Source of the DNA: Flavobacteriaceae bacterium
Lineage (GTDB): Bacteria > Bacteroidota > Bacteroidia > Flavobacteriales > Flavobacteriaceae
Assembly (NCBI GenBank): GCA_043557195.1
Contig: CP121314.1
Location: forward strand, 4,137,582-4,201,581
Direction: 5' to 3'
DNA length: 64,000 nucleotides
Made by a program: the position numbers and the translations under genes. Positions 40,437 through 49,667 of this stretch are shown piece by piece (positions within the stretch are counted from its first letter, which is position 1; every line of letters starts with the position of its first letter). Under the pieces are notes generated by a model. The model did not search any database. It was not told the origin of the DNA and saw nothing but the letters and a program-made list of their open reading frames with translations.

Positions 40437-41519
40437 TTAGCCCTTGTAAAATGGTAGCTTTACAACAGTTGCAGGTACTGCTTTTTTTCTAATTTGAATA
40501 TTGATTTTACTACCAGCATCAGCAAAAATAGGAGGGACGTAACCCAAACCAATACCTTTACCTAATGAAGGGGCCATAGTGCCAGAAGTAACGTTTCCGA
40601 TGGTGTTTCCATTACCATCTACAATATCGTAACCATGACGTGGAATACCGCGGTCATCCAATTCAAAACCGACTAATTTACGTTCTGGTCCGCGTTCTTT
40701 TTCAGATTTAAGCGCTTCAGAATTTGTAAAATCTTTGGTGAATTTGGTAATCCAACCCAATCCAGCTTCAATGGGAGAGGTGGTGTCATCAATATCGTTG
40801 CCGTAAAGACAATAGCCCATTTCTAAACGCAGTGTGTCTCGTGCAGCAAGCCCAATAGGCTTTATGCCATAATTTGCACCAGCTTCTAATACTTTATTCC
40901 AAATTTGTTCAACCTCGCTGTTTTTACAATAAATTTCGAAACCACCGCTACCAGTGTAGCCTGTAGCCGAAATAATTACATAATCAATCCCTGCAAAATC
41001 GCCAACCACAAAATTGTAGAATTTAATTGCAGATAAATCTTCACTGGTTAAAGCTTGCATCGCTTCAACCGCCTTTGGGCCTTGAATAGCGAGTAGGGAA
41101 TAGTCCGCACTCAAATCGCGCATAGTAGCGCCAACATCGTTTTTAGACTGAATCCAATTCCAATCTTTTTCGATATTACTAGCGTTAACCACTAGAAGAT
41201 ACGTTTCTTCTTTAATGCGATAGATAATTAAATCGTCCACAATACCGCCTGTATCATTAGGTAAACAGCTGTATTGCGCTTTACCAATGGTAAGTTTTGA
41301 AGCATCGTTACTAGACACGTTTTGAATAAGTTCTAATGCATGCGGACCTTCAATTAAAAATTCACCCATATGCGACACATCAAACACACCAACGCCGTTT
41401 CGTACGGTTTCATGTTCTAGATTCACACCTTCGTATTGTACAGGCATATTATAACCGGCAAAAGGCACCATTTTAGCACCAAGCGCTTCATGAATTTTAG
41501 ATAAGGCTGTATTTTTCAT
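40437..41519 (-). CDS. gcvT: Glycine cleavage system aminomethyltransferase T
   Basis: 360 aa with FAGY.MPVQY, DVSHMG, RD.LRLE and GYV motifs. Confidence 0.95.
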   Translation of the reverse strand: MKNTALSKIHEALGAKMVPFAGYNMPVQYEGVNLEHETVRNGVGVFDVSHMGEFLIEGPHALELIQNVSSNDASKLTIGKAQYSCLPNDTGGIVDDLIIYRIKEETYLLVVNASNIEKDWNWIQSKNDVGATMRDLSADYSLLAIQGPKAVEAMQALTSEDLSAIKFYNFVVGDFAGIDYVIISATGYTGSGGFEIYCKNSEVEQIWNKVLEAGANYGIKPIGLAARDTLRLEMGYCLYGNDIDDTTSPIEAGLGWITKFTKDFTNSEALKSEKERGPERKLVGFELDDRGIPRHGYDIVDGNGNTIGNVTSGTMAPSLGKGIGLGYVPPIFADAGSKINIQIRKKAVPATVVKLPFYKG

Positions 41520-41750
41520 AGCATTTAATTATCTTTTGTAAGTATGTAAACTATAAGGAAGCACATTAGTAAAATGCAAAAACCAACAATAATTCTATGT
41601 TTTGGTTTAAAGAAGGAAATAATGTTTTCAAAAAAATTCCCTAAAAACTTTATAATGCCAACTAATATGTCTTCCATAAATGTGGTACACAAATGTATTG
41701 AAATTAAAAAGATTTTTAAATGTGAAAAGGGGAAGTATTTTGGAGACGTG

Positions 41751-41853
<103 letters not shown>

Positions 41854-41934
41854 TCCCAGAAGCATTTGTTTTCATAAGTATAATTGGAACTTGGGTCATT
41901 AAACTAATAAGCGGTTTGCTTCGCAGCGTTTTTA

Positions 41935-41990
41935 AAACATTATGTATCTATAATTAGCCGTTATGTAAAATAGCCGCTACCAAGCGCTCG
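41935..41990 (+). repeat. Island junction repeat, left-arm copy (R1a)
   Basis: Matches the right end of the R4 module (57308-57362), including the core TTATGTAAAATAG. Confidence 0.6.
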
Positions 41991-42402
41991 ATTGTTTTAT
42001 AAAATCAAATTGCTCTGGCAATTTATTTTACACACAATTTTCCAACGCTTGCCAACGCCAAAATAAAAGCTAACCTTTTTGCTCTTATTAAAAATCGCGT
42101 ATTCGATAAAATGTACGTAATAAAAAATTTTAGACGATTCTCGTGAGCTTGCCACAAGAGCATAAATTTTAAGAAAAATAAAATTCTATGCACTTGTTAT
42201 ATGTAGAACTTCAATTAATCATTTTTTCCTTATTTCATTATCTTTTGTCTTGAAACAAAAGAAACAAAAATTCAAGGCTGCATATAATTTTGGAAACAAT
42301 TAACGGCTCATTCGCTATATTTTAGGAAACATTGTAATTCGTTAAGATTGTTTTGAAATCCATTGTATAATTGAAATTCTAAAGAAACTATATTACTAAA
42401 CC

Positions 42403-42490
42403 CCTAAAATATGGACGCTCATTTCTCCTATTGTTTTAACCAAAATTTTATGAGGCCAAGGTAAACATCGAGATTCTATTTTACATAATA
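42403..42490 (+). repeat. Island junction repeat, right-arm copy (R1b)
   Basis: CTAAAATATGGACGCTCA...CCAAAATTTTATGAGGCCAAG...TTCTATTTTACATAATA aligns with 46693-46779. Confidence 0.6.
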
Positions 42491-42539
42491 TTATAATTTC
42501 ATATAGCCTTATATTATGAAAAATGAAGTTTAAATTAGA

Positions 42540-42668
42540 TCACTTTCTTTTGCGTTTAGGCGGCTTTAGTGATGGCGTGTTTCCTGGTGTGTCCTTGTTG
42601 TCACGTGCTCGCCTATCTGGTTTTCCAGTAGATTTTGCAATTCTCTTCGGTCCTGGTTTAAGTCCCAT
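42540..42668 (-). CDS. Possible small, highly basic 42-aa protein downstream of the S8 protease gene
   Basis: Hand translation gives MGLKPGPKRIAKSTGKPDRRARDNKDTPGNTPSLKPPKRKRK*. It is below the ORF-track cutoff, and the segment is more GC-rich than its surroundings. No homology was assessed. Confidence 0.2.
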   Translation of the reverse strand: MGLKPGPKRIAKSTGKPDRRARDNKDTPGNTPSLKPPKRKRK

Positions 42669-42744
42669 AATTTTTGTTTTTAATTAATAATTCAAATATT
42701 TAATCACTTTCTTTTTAATAGCATTTCGTTATGCTTTAATTGGT

Positions 42745-45111
42745 CTAATTATTTTTACCTTTAACATCAATTCTAATCTCTTCTCTTAATTTAATGTTAG
42801 AGTGTAAAAAGTTTCTATCTGCCAACAATCTCGATACTTCATTGTAAACTTGATGTTGCCCTTTGGTATCTCTAATTGTAACGACTAAAGTAAAATCTTG
42901 ATTTAAAACCTCTCCATCTTCTTTTGATCTAGTTTCTGCAAAATCACGATATGTTCCTTTTATTTTAGCATACCACTTTCTATTACTTGCTAAACTATCT
43001 CTTTGTCTTGCATCTTTCATTTCACTTAAATTAACCGAATATTTTTTTACTGGCTGATACTTTTTTCCATAATTCAGTAATACTCTTTCTCTTGCGTAAT
43101 CACTTTCTGTGTCTTTTATATAGGCACTTTTGTAATTAGAATCCAAAAGTACATTTTGGGTGTCATCTGGCCCAAAAGGGTTTAATATATTAGATTTAGT
43201 AGTATCTCTATCTTTTATGTTTTCATATGTACCAAACATTAAGTCTAAATTAGATTGACAATACTCTGCTCCTTGTTTTTCTCTTAAAACTGGTTGAGCA
43301 ACTAAAGTAACTTTTACTTCTCCATAAAAGTGCCCATCATCATCAATTAAACTTTCAGGAAATGGAAAGTCAAGAATCTCGATAAATTCACCTTTATTTA
43401 TGTTTTCTTGAAGAATTAAGGTAATTTCATGAGGATCGTTATAAATAATCTCATCGGCCGATGATGCTATTCCAAAACCCATTTGATTGACTTTTTCATT
43501 AATAGGAAAATTTACACCTAATGGATATTTCGCTGAATGTATTGCTAAAGCCTTAAGCAATGTAGGATTAAATTTTTCTCTTACTTTAAAATTTAGTTCA
43601 GATAACAACGATGTAACTCTAGGTGTTGAAAAACTTGTACCTATTATTTTTACTGGAGCTCCATCTGGCGCAATTGCTTTTACTCCATTTTCTACTCTTC
43701 TACCTCCATTCATACCAGCGTTGCCTCCATAAGAAACTAAATCTGGCTTTATACTATTTGCTGGTCCAGGACCAATACGAGTAAAAGGAGATGGATGATT
43801 TACATCAGCTATATCATTTCCATTTTTAGAATGTGCAATTGAACCAACCACTAAAGAACGAATTGAATCACCAGATCTTGCTATTCTGCTTTTAGGAAAA
43901 CCTCTTTCAAAATTTCTACAGTTCCCTGTGGACTTGCAAATAATTACCTCATTAGATATTTGAATATCGTCAAGTGCTTTCCCGAAATCAGAAAAGTCAT
44001 TTAAATCTGCTTCAGATTTAGTTCCTAAAGATAGGTTCCAGATTTTAATATCAGAATTCTTTTTTATTGCTTCTCTAATATTTGCAATTAACTCATCTTC
44101 ATCTATGCTTTCTTTAGTTTCATCTGGAAAAACAGTTGCATCAAAAAGTTTACAACCTGAATTTCCAGTCCATTTTTCTCCTTCTAAATCATCACCATAA
44201 ATAATAATACTTGAAACACAAGAACCATGTGTTGGATTGACTAAATCTTCAGGATAAGACGAGAAATTTCTATCAAGAAGCCAAGGACTTAAGTACTGAT
44301 TCTTTGCTATACCTGAATCAAGAACTCCAATTATTGGGTATTCTTCATCTTTGATAGGTTCTTTTACTTCAATGTCCTGTCCAGAATTTAGCAAGTCCAT
44401 ACCAACACTATATTTTGGCATAAATGTTATGGATTCTAAAGCTTCAAAATCACTAATGCTATCTAATTGGGCTTTGGTAGCGTTTTTAATTTTATAAATT
44501 ATTAAGCCAGAAGAATAATTTGCTTCTACCACATCAATACTCTTTTGCTTACAGTACTTTTCAAATGATATTTTGACAGCATTATTTATTTCATAATTCA
44601 AAAAATCTATGAGAGAAATTTTTACTGTCTCATTTTTTTTATTTTCTTCAATATCAGCAATAAAAGGTTCGAATATTTCTATTGTTTCGACAGCAGAAAT
44701 GGCTTTAGGGTTTCTATGATAATTATTAATGTTTTTCTTAATGACTTTGCTATCTTCAATACTGTCAACTTTTACTATAGCACTATTTGAATCAATAAAA
44801 CCAATTATATTATTTTTTGAAAATTGTCCATTAAATAGCTTTTGAATATCTTGTCTGTGTGATTTTGCAATGGCATTATCATCAATATCAATACGTAATG
44901 TAGCAGGAATAAAACTCCTTGTGTTATCTCGGTTTTCAAAAAAAGTATCTAATTCACTTAAAGGCTCTAAAAGACTATTTGCTCTTTCTTGAAGTTCTTC
45001 TCCATGAAGTTGCCATTTAGGAATTGTTTTACTGCCTCCACCTTCGACTCTCCTATCGTCTACTTTCTGTCTTTTCTGAAATAATTTTACAGGTAAATTC
45101 TTTTTAGCCAT
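42745..45111 (-). CDS. Cytoplasmic S8-family subtilisin-like serine protease with large N- and C-terminal extensions (IetS-like)
   Basis: Catalytic triad contexts IGVLDSGI (Asp), NPTHGSCVSSII (His) and IIGTSFSTPRVTS (Ser). There is no signal peptide (MAKKNLPVKLFQKRQK...). The ATG lies 1 nt after the stop of the upstream ATPase gene. Confidence 0.85.
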   Translation of the reverse strand: MAKKNLPVKLFQKRQKVDDRRVEGGGSKTIPKWQLHGEELQERANSLLEPLSELDTFFENRDNTRSFIPATLRIDIDDNAIAKSHRQDIQKLFNGQFSKNNIIGFIDSNSAIVKVDSIEDSKVIKKNINNYHRNPKAISAVETIEIFEPFIADIEENKKNETVKISLIDFLNYEINNAVKISFEKYCKQKSIDVVEANYSSGLIIYKIKNATKAQLDSISDFEALESITFMPKYSVGMDLLNSGQDIEVKEPIKDEEYPIIGVLDSGIAKNQYLSPWLLDRNFSSYPEDLVNPTHGSCVSSIIIYGDDLEGEKWTGNSGCKLFDATVFPDETKESIDEDELIANIREAIKKNSDIKIWNLSLGTKSEADLNDFSDFGKALDDIQISNEVIICKSTGNCRNFERGFPKSRIARSGDSIRSLVVGSIAHSKNGNDIADVNHPSPFTRIGPGPANSIKPDLVSYGGNAGMNGGRRVENGVKAIAPDGAPVKIIGTSFSTPRVTSLLSELNFKVREKFNPTLLKALAIHSAKYPLGVNFPINEKVNQMGFGIASSADEIIYNDPHEITLILQENINKGEFIEILDFPFPESLIDDDGHFYGEVKVTLVAQPVLREKQGAEYCQSNLDLMFGTYENIKDRDTTKSNILNPFGPDDTQNVLLDSNYKSAYIKDTESDYARERVLLNYGKKYQPVKKYSVNLSEMKDARQRDSLASNRKWYAKIKGTYRDFAETRSKEDGEVLNQDFTLVVTIRDTKGQHQVYNEVSRLLADRNFLHSNIKLREEIRIDVKGKNN

Positions 45112-45112
45112 C

Positions 45113-46201
45113 TTATTCTACATTTAATGCGTTTCTAACTTGTCTTATTGAAATATCTAGGTAATTAGCTATTTGTTTTTGAGGTATATGGCTCTCATTT
45201 AAAAAGCGTATCATTTCTTCTGGTGTAAATCTGTTATTGTTCTTATACTTGAAGTATTCAGAAAAAATTTCATCGTATTCGAATTCTTTATTTTTAATAA
45301 TTGAATTATAAAATGCACTATTTATTATCTTAATAATTTCAGAATGTGAGAAATCGTTTAAGTAAGAAGAAAGTGTATCAAATTTCTTATCTTCTATATC
45401 TAATTTAGAATCTACCTTGTCAAAATAACTTCCAATTAGATTTTTAATTTCTTCAGAACTTGGCTTGTTTACATTAATTACTTTTTCAAACCTTCTCCAG
45501 ATAGCACTATCTAATAATTGCTCATGGTTTGTTGCTGCTATTAATATGCCAGTCTCTAGAAAATCGTCAATATTTTGCAATAAGCTGTTTATTACTCTTT
45601 TTAATTCACCAGTTTCATGATTATCGTCTCTTGCTTTTGCAATTGCATCAAATTCATCTAGAAATAAAATACAAGGTTTACTCTTTGCATAATCAAATAA
45701 TTTTCTAATATTTTTTGCCGTATTACCTAGAAGTGATGATATCAAAGAATCAAACCTAGCTACTACAATAGGTATATCAAGTTCTTTAGCTATATGTTTG
45801 GCTAATGTCGTTTTACCACAACCTGGAGGTCCATAAAGCAACAATGATAAATTCATTTGTAAACCTTTACTTTTTATTTCATTTTTAGAATTAACTAAAG
45901 AGATGAAATTGTTTACTGGATTTTGGATACTTTCAGAAATTGAAATATCTAATTTTATATCTCGAGGAAGAATTACATCTGCAATGTTTAACCTTGTATC
46001 ATTATCTACAGGTGCATCAAATAATTGGTCTTTGAAAACAGGAATTGCTGTTGAGCCTTCAATAGTCTTTATTATTTTATCAGCAAGTTTATCTGCTCCA
46101 TCTTCTCTTAACTTTTTAGCCAAGTGTTTAGAATAACTAATAACCTTTTTTGGGTCTTGATTAAGACCTCCTTCAATTATTTTAATGAGCTCTGTATACA
46201 T
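45113..46201 (-). CDS. AAA+ ATPase with a C-terminal helix-turn-helix-like tail (IetA-like)
   Basis: Walker A LLLYGPPGCGKTT (aa 124-131 = GPPGCGKT), Walker B ILFLDEFDAI, sensor-1 AATNH, RRF arginine region, and C-terminal QKQIANYLDISIRQVRNAL. Confidence 0.85.
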   Translation of the reverse strand: MYTELIKIIEGGLNQDPKKVISYSKHLAKKLREDGADKLADKIIKTIEGSTAIPVFKDQLFDAPVDNDTRLNIADVILPRDIKLDISISESIQNPVNNFISLVNSKNEIKSKGLQMNLSLLLYGPPGCGKTTLAKHIAKELDIPIVVARFDSLISSLLGNTAKNIRKLFDYAKSKPCILFLDEFDAIAKARDDNHETGELKRVINSLLQNIDDFLETGILIAATNHEQLLDSAIWRRFEKVINVNKPSSEEIKNLIGSYFDKVDSKLDIEDKKFDTLSSYLNDFSHSEIIKIINSAFYNSIIKNKEFEYDEIFSEYFKYKNNNRFTPEEMIRFLNESHIPQKQIANYLDISIRQVRNALNVE

Positions 46202-46232
46202 GTATCTGTAATATTATTTTTGATTTACGTTA

Positions 46233-46240
46233 CAAATATA
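46233..46240 (-). promoter_or_regulatory. Candidate Bacteroidota -7 promoter box upstream of the ATPase gene
   Basis: The minus strand reads TATATTTG, matching the TAnnTTTG consensus, 32 nt upstream of the ATG at 46201. No clear -33 TTTG element is present. Confidence 0.3.
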
Positions 46241-46358
46241 TGTAAAAATGTAATATAAATACATTAAAACGCAATATTTTTATACATAATCGTAATAATT
46301 GTTTTTGATTGTGTGGTGATTATTAGTTACTACATTGACAAATAGAGCTTTATAATCC

Positions 46359-46777
46359 ATTCCACACACATTATGCTTCCCTCCTACGTCGTCGCATAAA
46401 AAGTGTTCCATTAACATTGTAGAAGAAACTTTTAGAATAAATTTTTGAAGAAACTGTAGTAACAACTTTCGCTTTTAACCAAAGCTCAAGTTACACTTCG
46501 ACTTCGCTCAGTGCAGGCTCCACGCAGAACATTATAGTACATTATACAACAATAAGCATAATAGCGCTTTTGGGCGATATTTGACATTATTGCAGATATA
46601 ACAACACATAGTGTTTTATATCGTTTGCAATTATGTCAAGCTAATTGTGGCATAGTTAGACAAATTAAAATGCATCTATAATTAGCCGTTATGTAAAATA
46701 TAGACGCTCACTTCGCCTTAATGTTTTACCAAAATTTTATGAGACCAAGTTTAACATCAAAATTCTATTTTACATAA
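46359..46777 (+). repeat. Island inter-module repeat R2 (conserved non-coding module plus 89-bp palindromic junction)
   Basis: Colinear with 56945-57343, with identical runs of 75 and 84 nt by manual alignment. It lacks a segment of about 56 nt that R3 and R4 carry. It ends with TTATGTAAAAT (46689) ... ATTTTACATAA (46767). Confidence 0.8.
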
Positions 46778-46811
46778 TAAAGTTCGTTAATTAATATTCA
46801 AACAACTTAAA

Positions 46812-47390
46812 CTATGATCTAACTCTATCTATTTTACGAAACCCAATTATTTTTTCTTTTACAAGAGGAATTCTTATCAAAAATCCAATACCCACAATTA
46901 TAGCATAAATTAGCCAAGTTTTTTCTAAAAGGGCTACATGTAATAAACTTAGAAATATAGCTACATAAGAGAAGCTTTGTAATTTTTTCCAATTTACTTT
47001 TAGTCGCTTCATGGATTTTCTATTGGATGTAAAAAATAAAGGAATTAAGATTAAAACTGCTATAAATCCTGCAATATAGTTGACTTGTGTAAACGTTTCA
47101 ATAAATCCTTCTGCTACAATAAAAATAATGAAATGTAAAAAACTCCAAACTGCAGTTGCAATACCCATGGCCTGCCTTACAAAAAGATTATTGATGCCAA
47201 AGAGAATAAAAAACGGTGTACATGTTAATACGGCTGTCATCCAACGTATGGCAAACTCTCCTGAAATATGGTACAACATATCTAAATTCTCCTCACCTCC
47301 TTCTAAGGTCATCTTCAATAATGGAATCATGGGTAGTAGCGCTAATATTGTAACAATCATCCATCCATAATTCTTTTTTATAAACTTCAT
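46812..47390 (-). CDS. Small polytopic membrane protein (possibly a ferric-reductase-like/YedZ-like heme-binding TM domain)
   Basis: 192 aa, about 5-6 TM helices, with conserved-looking His residues in TM segments (SFLHFIIF, SLLHVALL). The family call is tentative. Confidence 0.45.
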   Translation of the reverse strand: MKFIKKNYGWMIVTILALLPMIPLLKMTLEGGEENLDMLYHISGEFAIRWMTAVLTCTPFFILFGINNLFVRQAMGIATAVWSFLHFIIFIVAEGFIETFTQVNYIAGFIAVLILIPLFFTSNRKSMKRLKVNWKKLQSFSYVAIFLSLLHVALLEKTWLIYAIIVGIGFLIRIPLVKEKIIGFRKIDRVRS

Positions 47391-47397
47391 ATTAATA

Positions 47398-48027
47398 TTA
47401 TTTCCTAATAGTGATTAATACAACCTTACCATTAAATTGAGGTTGTAACTGATACTTATGATTTTCACCAATGGTTGCTAAAAATTCTTTTGTTTCCTTC
47501 ATATCTGCATTATCAACATAAATTATTGTTTGAGAATGAAAATTTGGTTCAAGCATTTGAAATATAGGTAAGTATAAATCTTTCCAACCATCTAACAACA
47601 ATAAGTCAATGGGTTCATCATAATTTTTTAAGGTATCTAGAGCGTCACCTATTCTTACCTCAATATGTTTGCTCACTCCTGCCCTTTCAAAGTTTTCAAT
47701 TGCTTTTTTCGCTTTAGATTCAAGTAATTCTGTGGTAATTATACGTCCACCAGTTTCAATGACACCTTGAGCTAAAAATAGCGTAGATATACCAAATGAA
47801 GTTCCAAATTCTACAATCTTCTTTATGCTATTTTCTTTGATAATGCATTTTAAATCTTCTCCTTGTTCTTTCGAAATGGATAGGTAAGCATCTTTGAAAT
47901 CTAAAGGTTGCATTGGCCTAAAAACGCTTTTTGCAGCACCTTTCATCATTTTTAGCATGTCGTATTTTGAATCTTCAAAGAGTTCGTTTATGGTTGTTGT
48001 GATTCGATTTTGCTGTAAGGTTATCAT
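47398..48027 (-). CDS. Class I SAM-dependent O-methyltransferase (family 3-like)
   Basis: Motif I VEFGTSFGIST, followed by LLLDGWKDLY, which is typical of caffeoyl-CoA-type OMTs. Confidence 0.75.
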   Translation of the reverse strand: MITLQQNRITTTINELFEDSKYDMLKMMKGAAKSVFRPMQPLDFKDAYLSISKEQGEDLKCIIKENSIKKIVEFGTSFGISTLFLAQGVIETGGRIITTELLESKAKKAIENFERAGVSKHIEVRIGDALDTLKNYDEPIDLLLLDGWKDLYLPIFQMLEPNFHSQTIIYVDNADMKETKEFLATIGENHKYQLQPQFNGKVVLITIRK

Positions 48028-48099
48028 ACTTTCTGTTTTAAAAAAGAAGGAATATCAAAAGTATTTTGATATTCCTTCATGCTATTAATCACTAATTAA

Positions 48100-49566
48100 T
48101 TAAAATTTTCCGTTAGTATTCTTCCACTCAGATTCTGCCGGAATTGGCGCAATGACATCCCAATGTTCTACTATTTGTCCATCTTCTATTCTAAACAAAT
48201 CGTAAAAAGCAGTGTGTTCACCTTTGCCAAACTTGCCTTCACTCATACTTAAAACAAAGTTGCCTTGTCCCATGACTTTATGAAGTTTTGTATATTCCAT
48301 AACCAATCCATTTTCAGCAAAATATTGCATTGCCGCACCAAAGCCTTCTAATCCATCTGCTACTGCTGGGTTATGCTGAATGTAGTTTTTAGGATTAATA
48401 TAGGTTGCTACTTTATCCATTTCGTGATTTAATAAGACATTGGTTATAAAATCTGTAACTACTGTTTTATTAGTTTCTGTTTTATCTAAATCTGTAATTT
48501 CAGTTGCTCCATCAAATTGCGTTCTACCACTTGGATTCGGTTTTTGAACTGGTAATAAATTATCCCAGTGTTCTACAATTAAACCATCTTCAAAACGAAA
48601 TACATCAAAACCCGCTTTTGGTCCAAAAAAATCATATTCTGTATGCGTAAACACATAATCTCCATCTTCAAAAGCTCTAACAACATTGGCCTTAAAACCG
48701 CCTTCTGGCGCATGATGCATAACGTCGCCAAAACCTGCTAATCCGTCTCCAACAGCTAAATTATGCTGAATGTATTTGTTAGGGTTTATATACGAAATTG
48801 GTGTTTGATCTCCAGTATTAAAACTGTTTAATAATGCGACTACTTTGTCTTTGTTTGATAATTCCATCTTTGTGTTTTTTAATGAGTTAAGTGTTTGATA
48901 ACGTCCCATTGAAATGGACGATTGATTCATCATACCCATAAATTCTTTGGATATGGCATTGTTCATAAATGGTTGTAAGGCTGCATCAGAATGGCTTTTG
49001 TTATCCCAATAAACAGCAACAATTTGCTCCCCATTTTCATTGACACCAGTAATGCGTTGTAAAAATCCAGGTTGTTTGGCTGTAAAGCCTTTTTCTACTC
49101 TTTTATTAATTTTATTAAATGCCTTCATGTCAATATCTGTTTTTGTTTCAAAAGACATGACTTCAATAAAATTACTTTTAGTAGCATTAAATTTGTCTTC
49201 AATAACATAACGAGACATTTTCATAGAAGAACCTTCAATCATAGAAGCATAATCTGCTACAGAAGGATCTGTCATAAATTTTTCCATTGATGCTTTGGCA
49301 TTTTCAAGAGTTTCCCAATTAACCAAAACAACATATTCTCCATTTTCATTTATCCCACTTTGGCGGCTAATAAATCCTGGTTGTTTATTAGTAAAGGTGC
49401 TTTCAATTTCGGCATCTAATGTGTTAAAAGCCAAAGTATTTGTGATAGATTTTGTTTTAAAAGTAGTTACCTCTAAAACAGATTCAGTTTTAGTTTCGGA
49501 ACAACTACTTACAAGTAATAGGATTACTCCTATTAGAATTAATTTCGATTTAAAATACATCATCAT
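48100..49566 (-). CDS. Lipoprotein with two ABM/Dabb-like domains followed by two SnoaL/NTF2-like domains
   Basis: Internal duplications: two copies of (T)NKQPGF(I/L).R..G(I/V)NENGE..V.V.W, and two copies of YINPK/NKYIQHN.AV.DGL.GFG...F(R/F)(F/I)EDG.IVEHWD. The lipobox (LLVSSC) follows the internal Met cluster at 49566. Confidence 0.6.
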   Translation of the reverse strand: MMMYFKSKLILIGVILLLVSSCSETKTESVLEVTTFKTKSITNTLAFNTLDAEIESTFTNKQPGFISRQSGINENGEYVVLVNWETLENAKASMEKFMTDPSVADYASMIEGSSMKMSRYVIEDKFNATKSNFIEVMSFETKTDIDMKAFNKINKRVEKGFTAKQPGFLQRITGVNENGEQIVAVYWDNKSHSDAALQPFMNNAISKEFMGMMNQSSISMGRYQTLNSLKNTKMELSNKDKVVALLNSFNTGDQTPISYINPNKYIQHNLAVGDGLAGFGDVMHHAPEGGFKANVVRAFEDGDYVFTHTEYDFFGPKAGFDVFRFEDGLIVEHWDNLLPVQKPNPSGRTQFDGATEITDLDKTETNKTVVTDFITNVLLNHEMDKVATYINPKNYIQHNPAVADGLEGFGAAMQYFAENGLVMEYTKLHKVMGQGNFVLSMSEGKFGKGEHTAFYDLFRIEDGQIVEHWDVIAPIPAESEWKNTNGKF

Positions 49567-49667
49567 TTTTATTTTTGTGTTAATTATTAATACTGCAAAG
49601 ATGTTGTAATGCTTTAGTATTAAGATTATCAAAATGATGATAAAAATGGTAAAAGTGTAACCAGATA

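Noticed and set aside
42241-42276. Hairpin TCTTTTGT-cttgaa-ACAAAAGA, with the alternative CTTGAA/TTCAAG, as a terminator or small RNA.
   Set aside because: No adjacent T tract or upstream gene fits a terminator role, and the two alternative pairings are mutually exclusive. It is noted only as part of the 433-nt insert.
46370-46400. AGGAGG followed by ATG on the minus strand of each inter-module repeat, giving possible leader peptides of 8-13 aa.
   Set aside because: The mini-ORFs differ completely between copies (MCVEWIIKLYLSM, MCEIKMNM, MMRVECYN). Bacteroidota also generally do not rely on Shine-Dalgarno pairing.
46280-46465. 61-aa minus-strand ORF overlapping repeat R2.
   Set aside because: The corresponding sequence in R3 and R4 has homopolymer-length differences and a 56-nt indel that destroy the frame. 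The repeat is therefore not conserved as coding sequence.
46689-46777. Canonical integron attC site or integron cassette array.
   Set aside because: The arms do not fit the RYYYAAC...GTTRRRY arrangement, because the GTT/AAC-like triplets sit at the outer rather than inner positions and carry mismatches. No intI-like gene is present in the window. I keep only the looser analogy.
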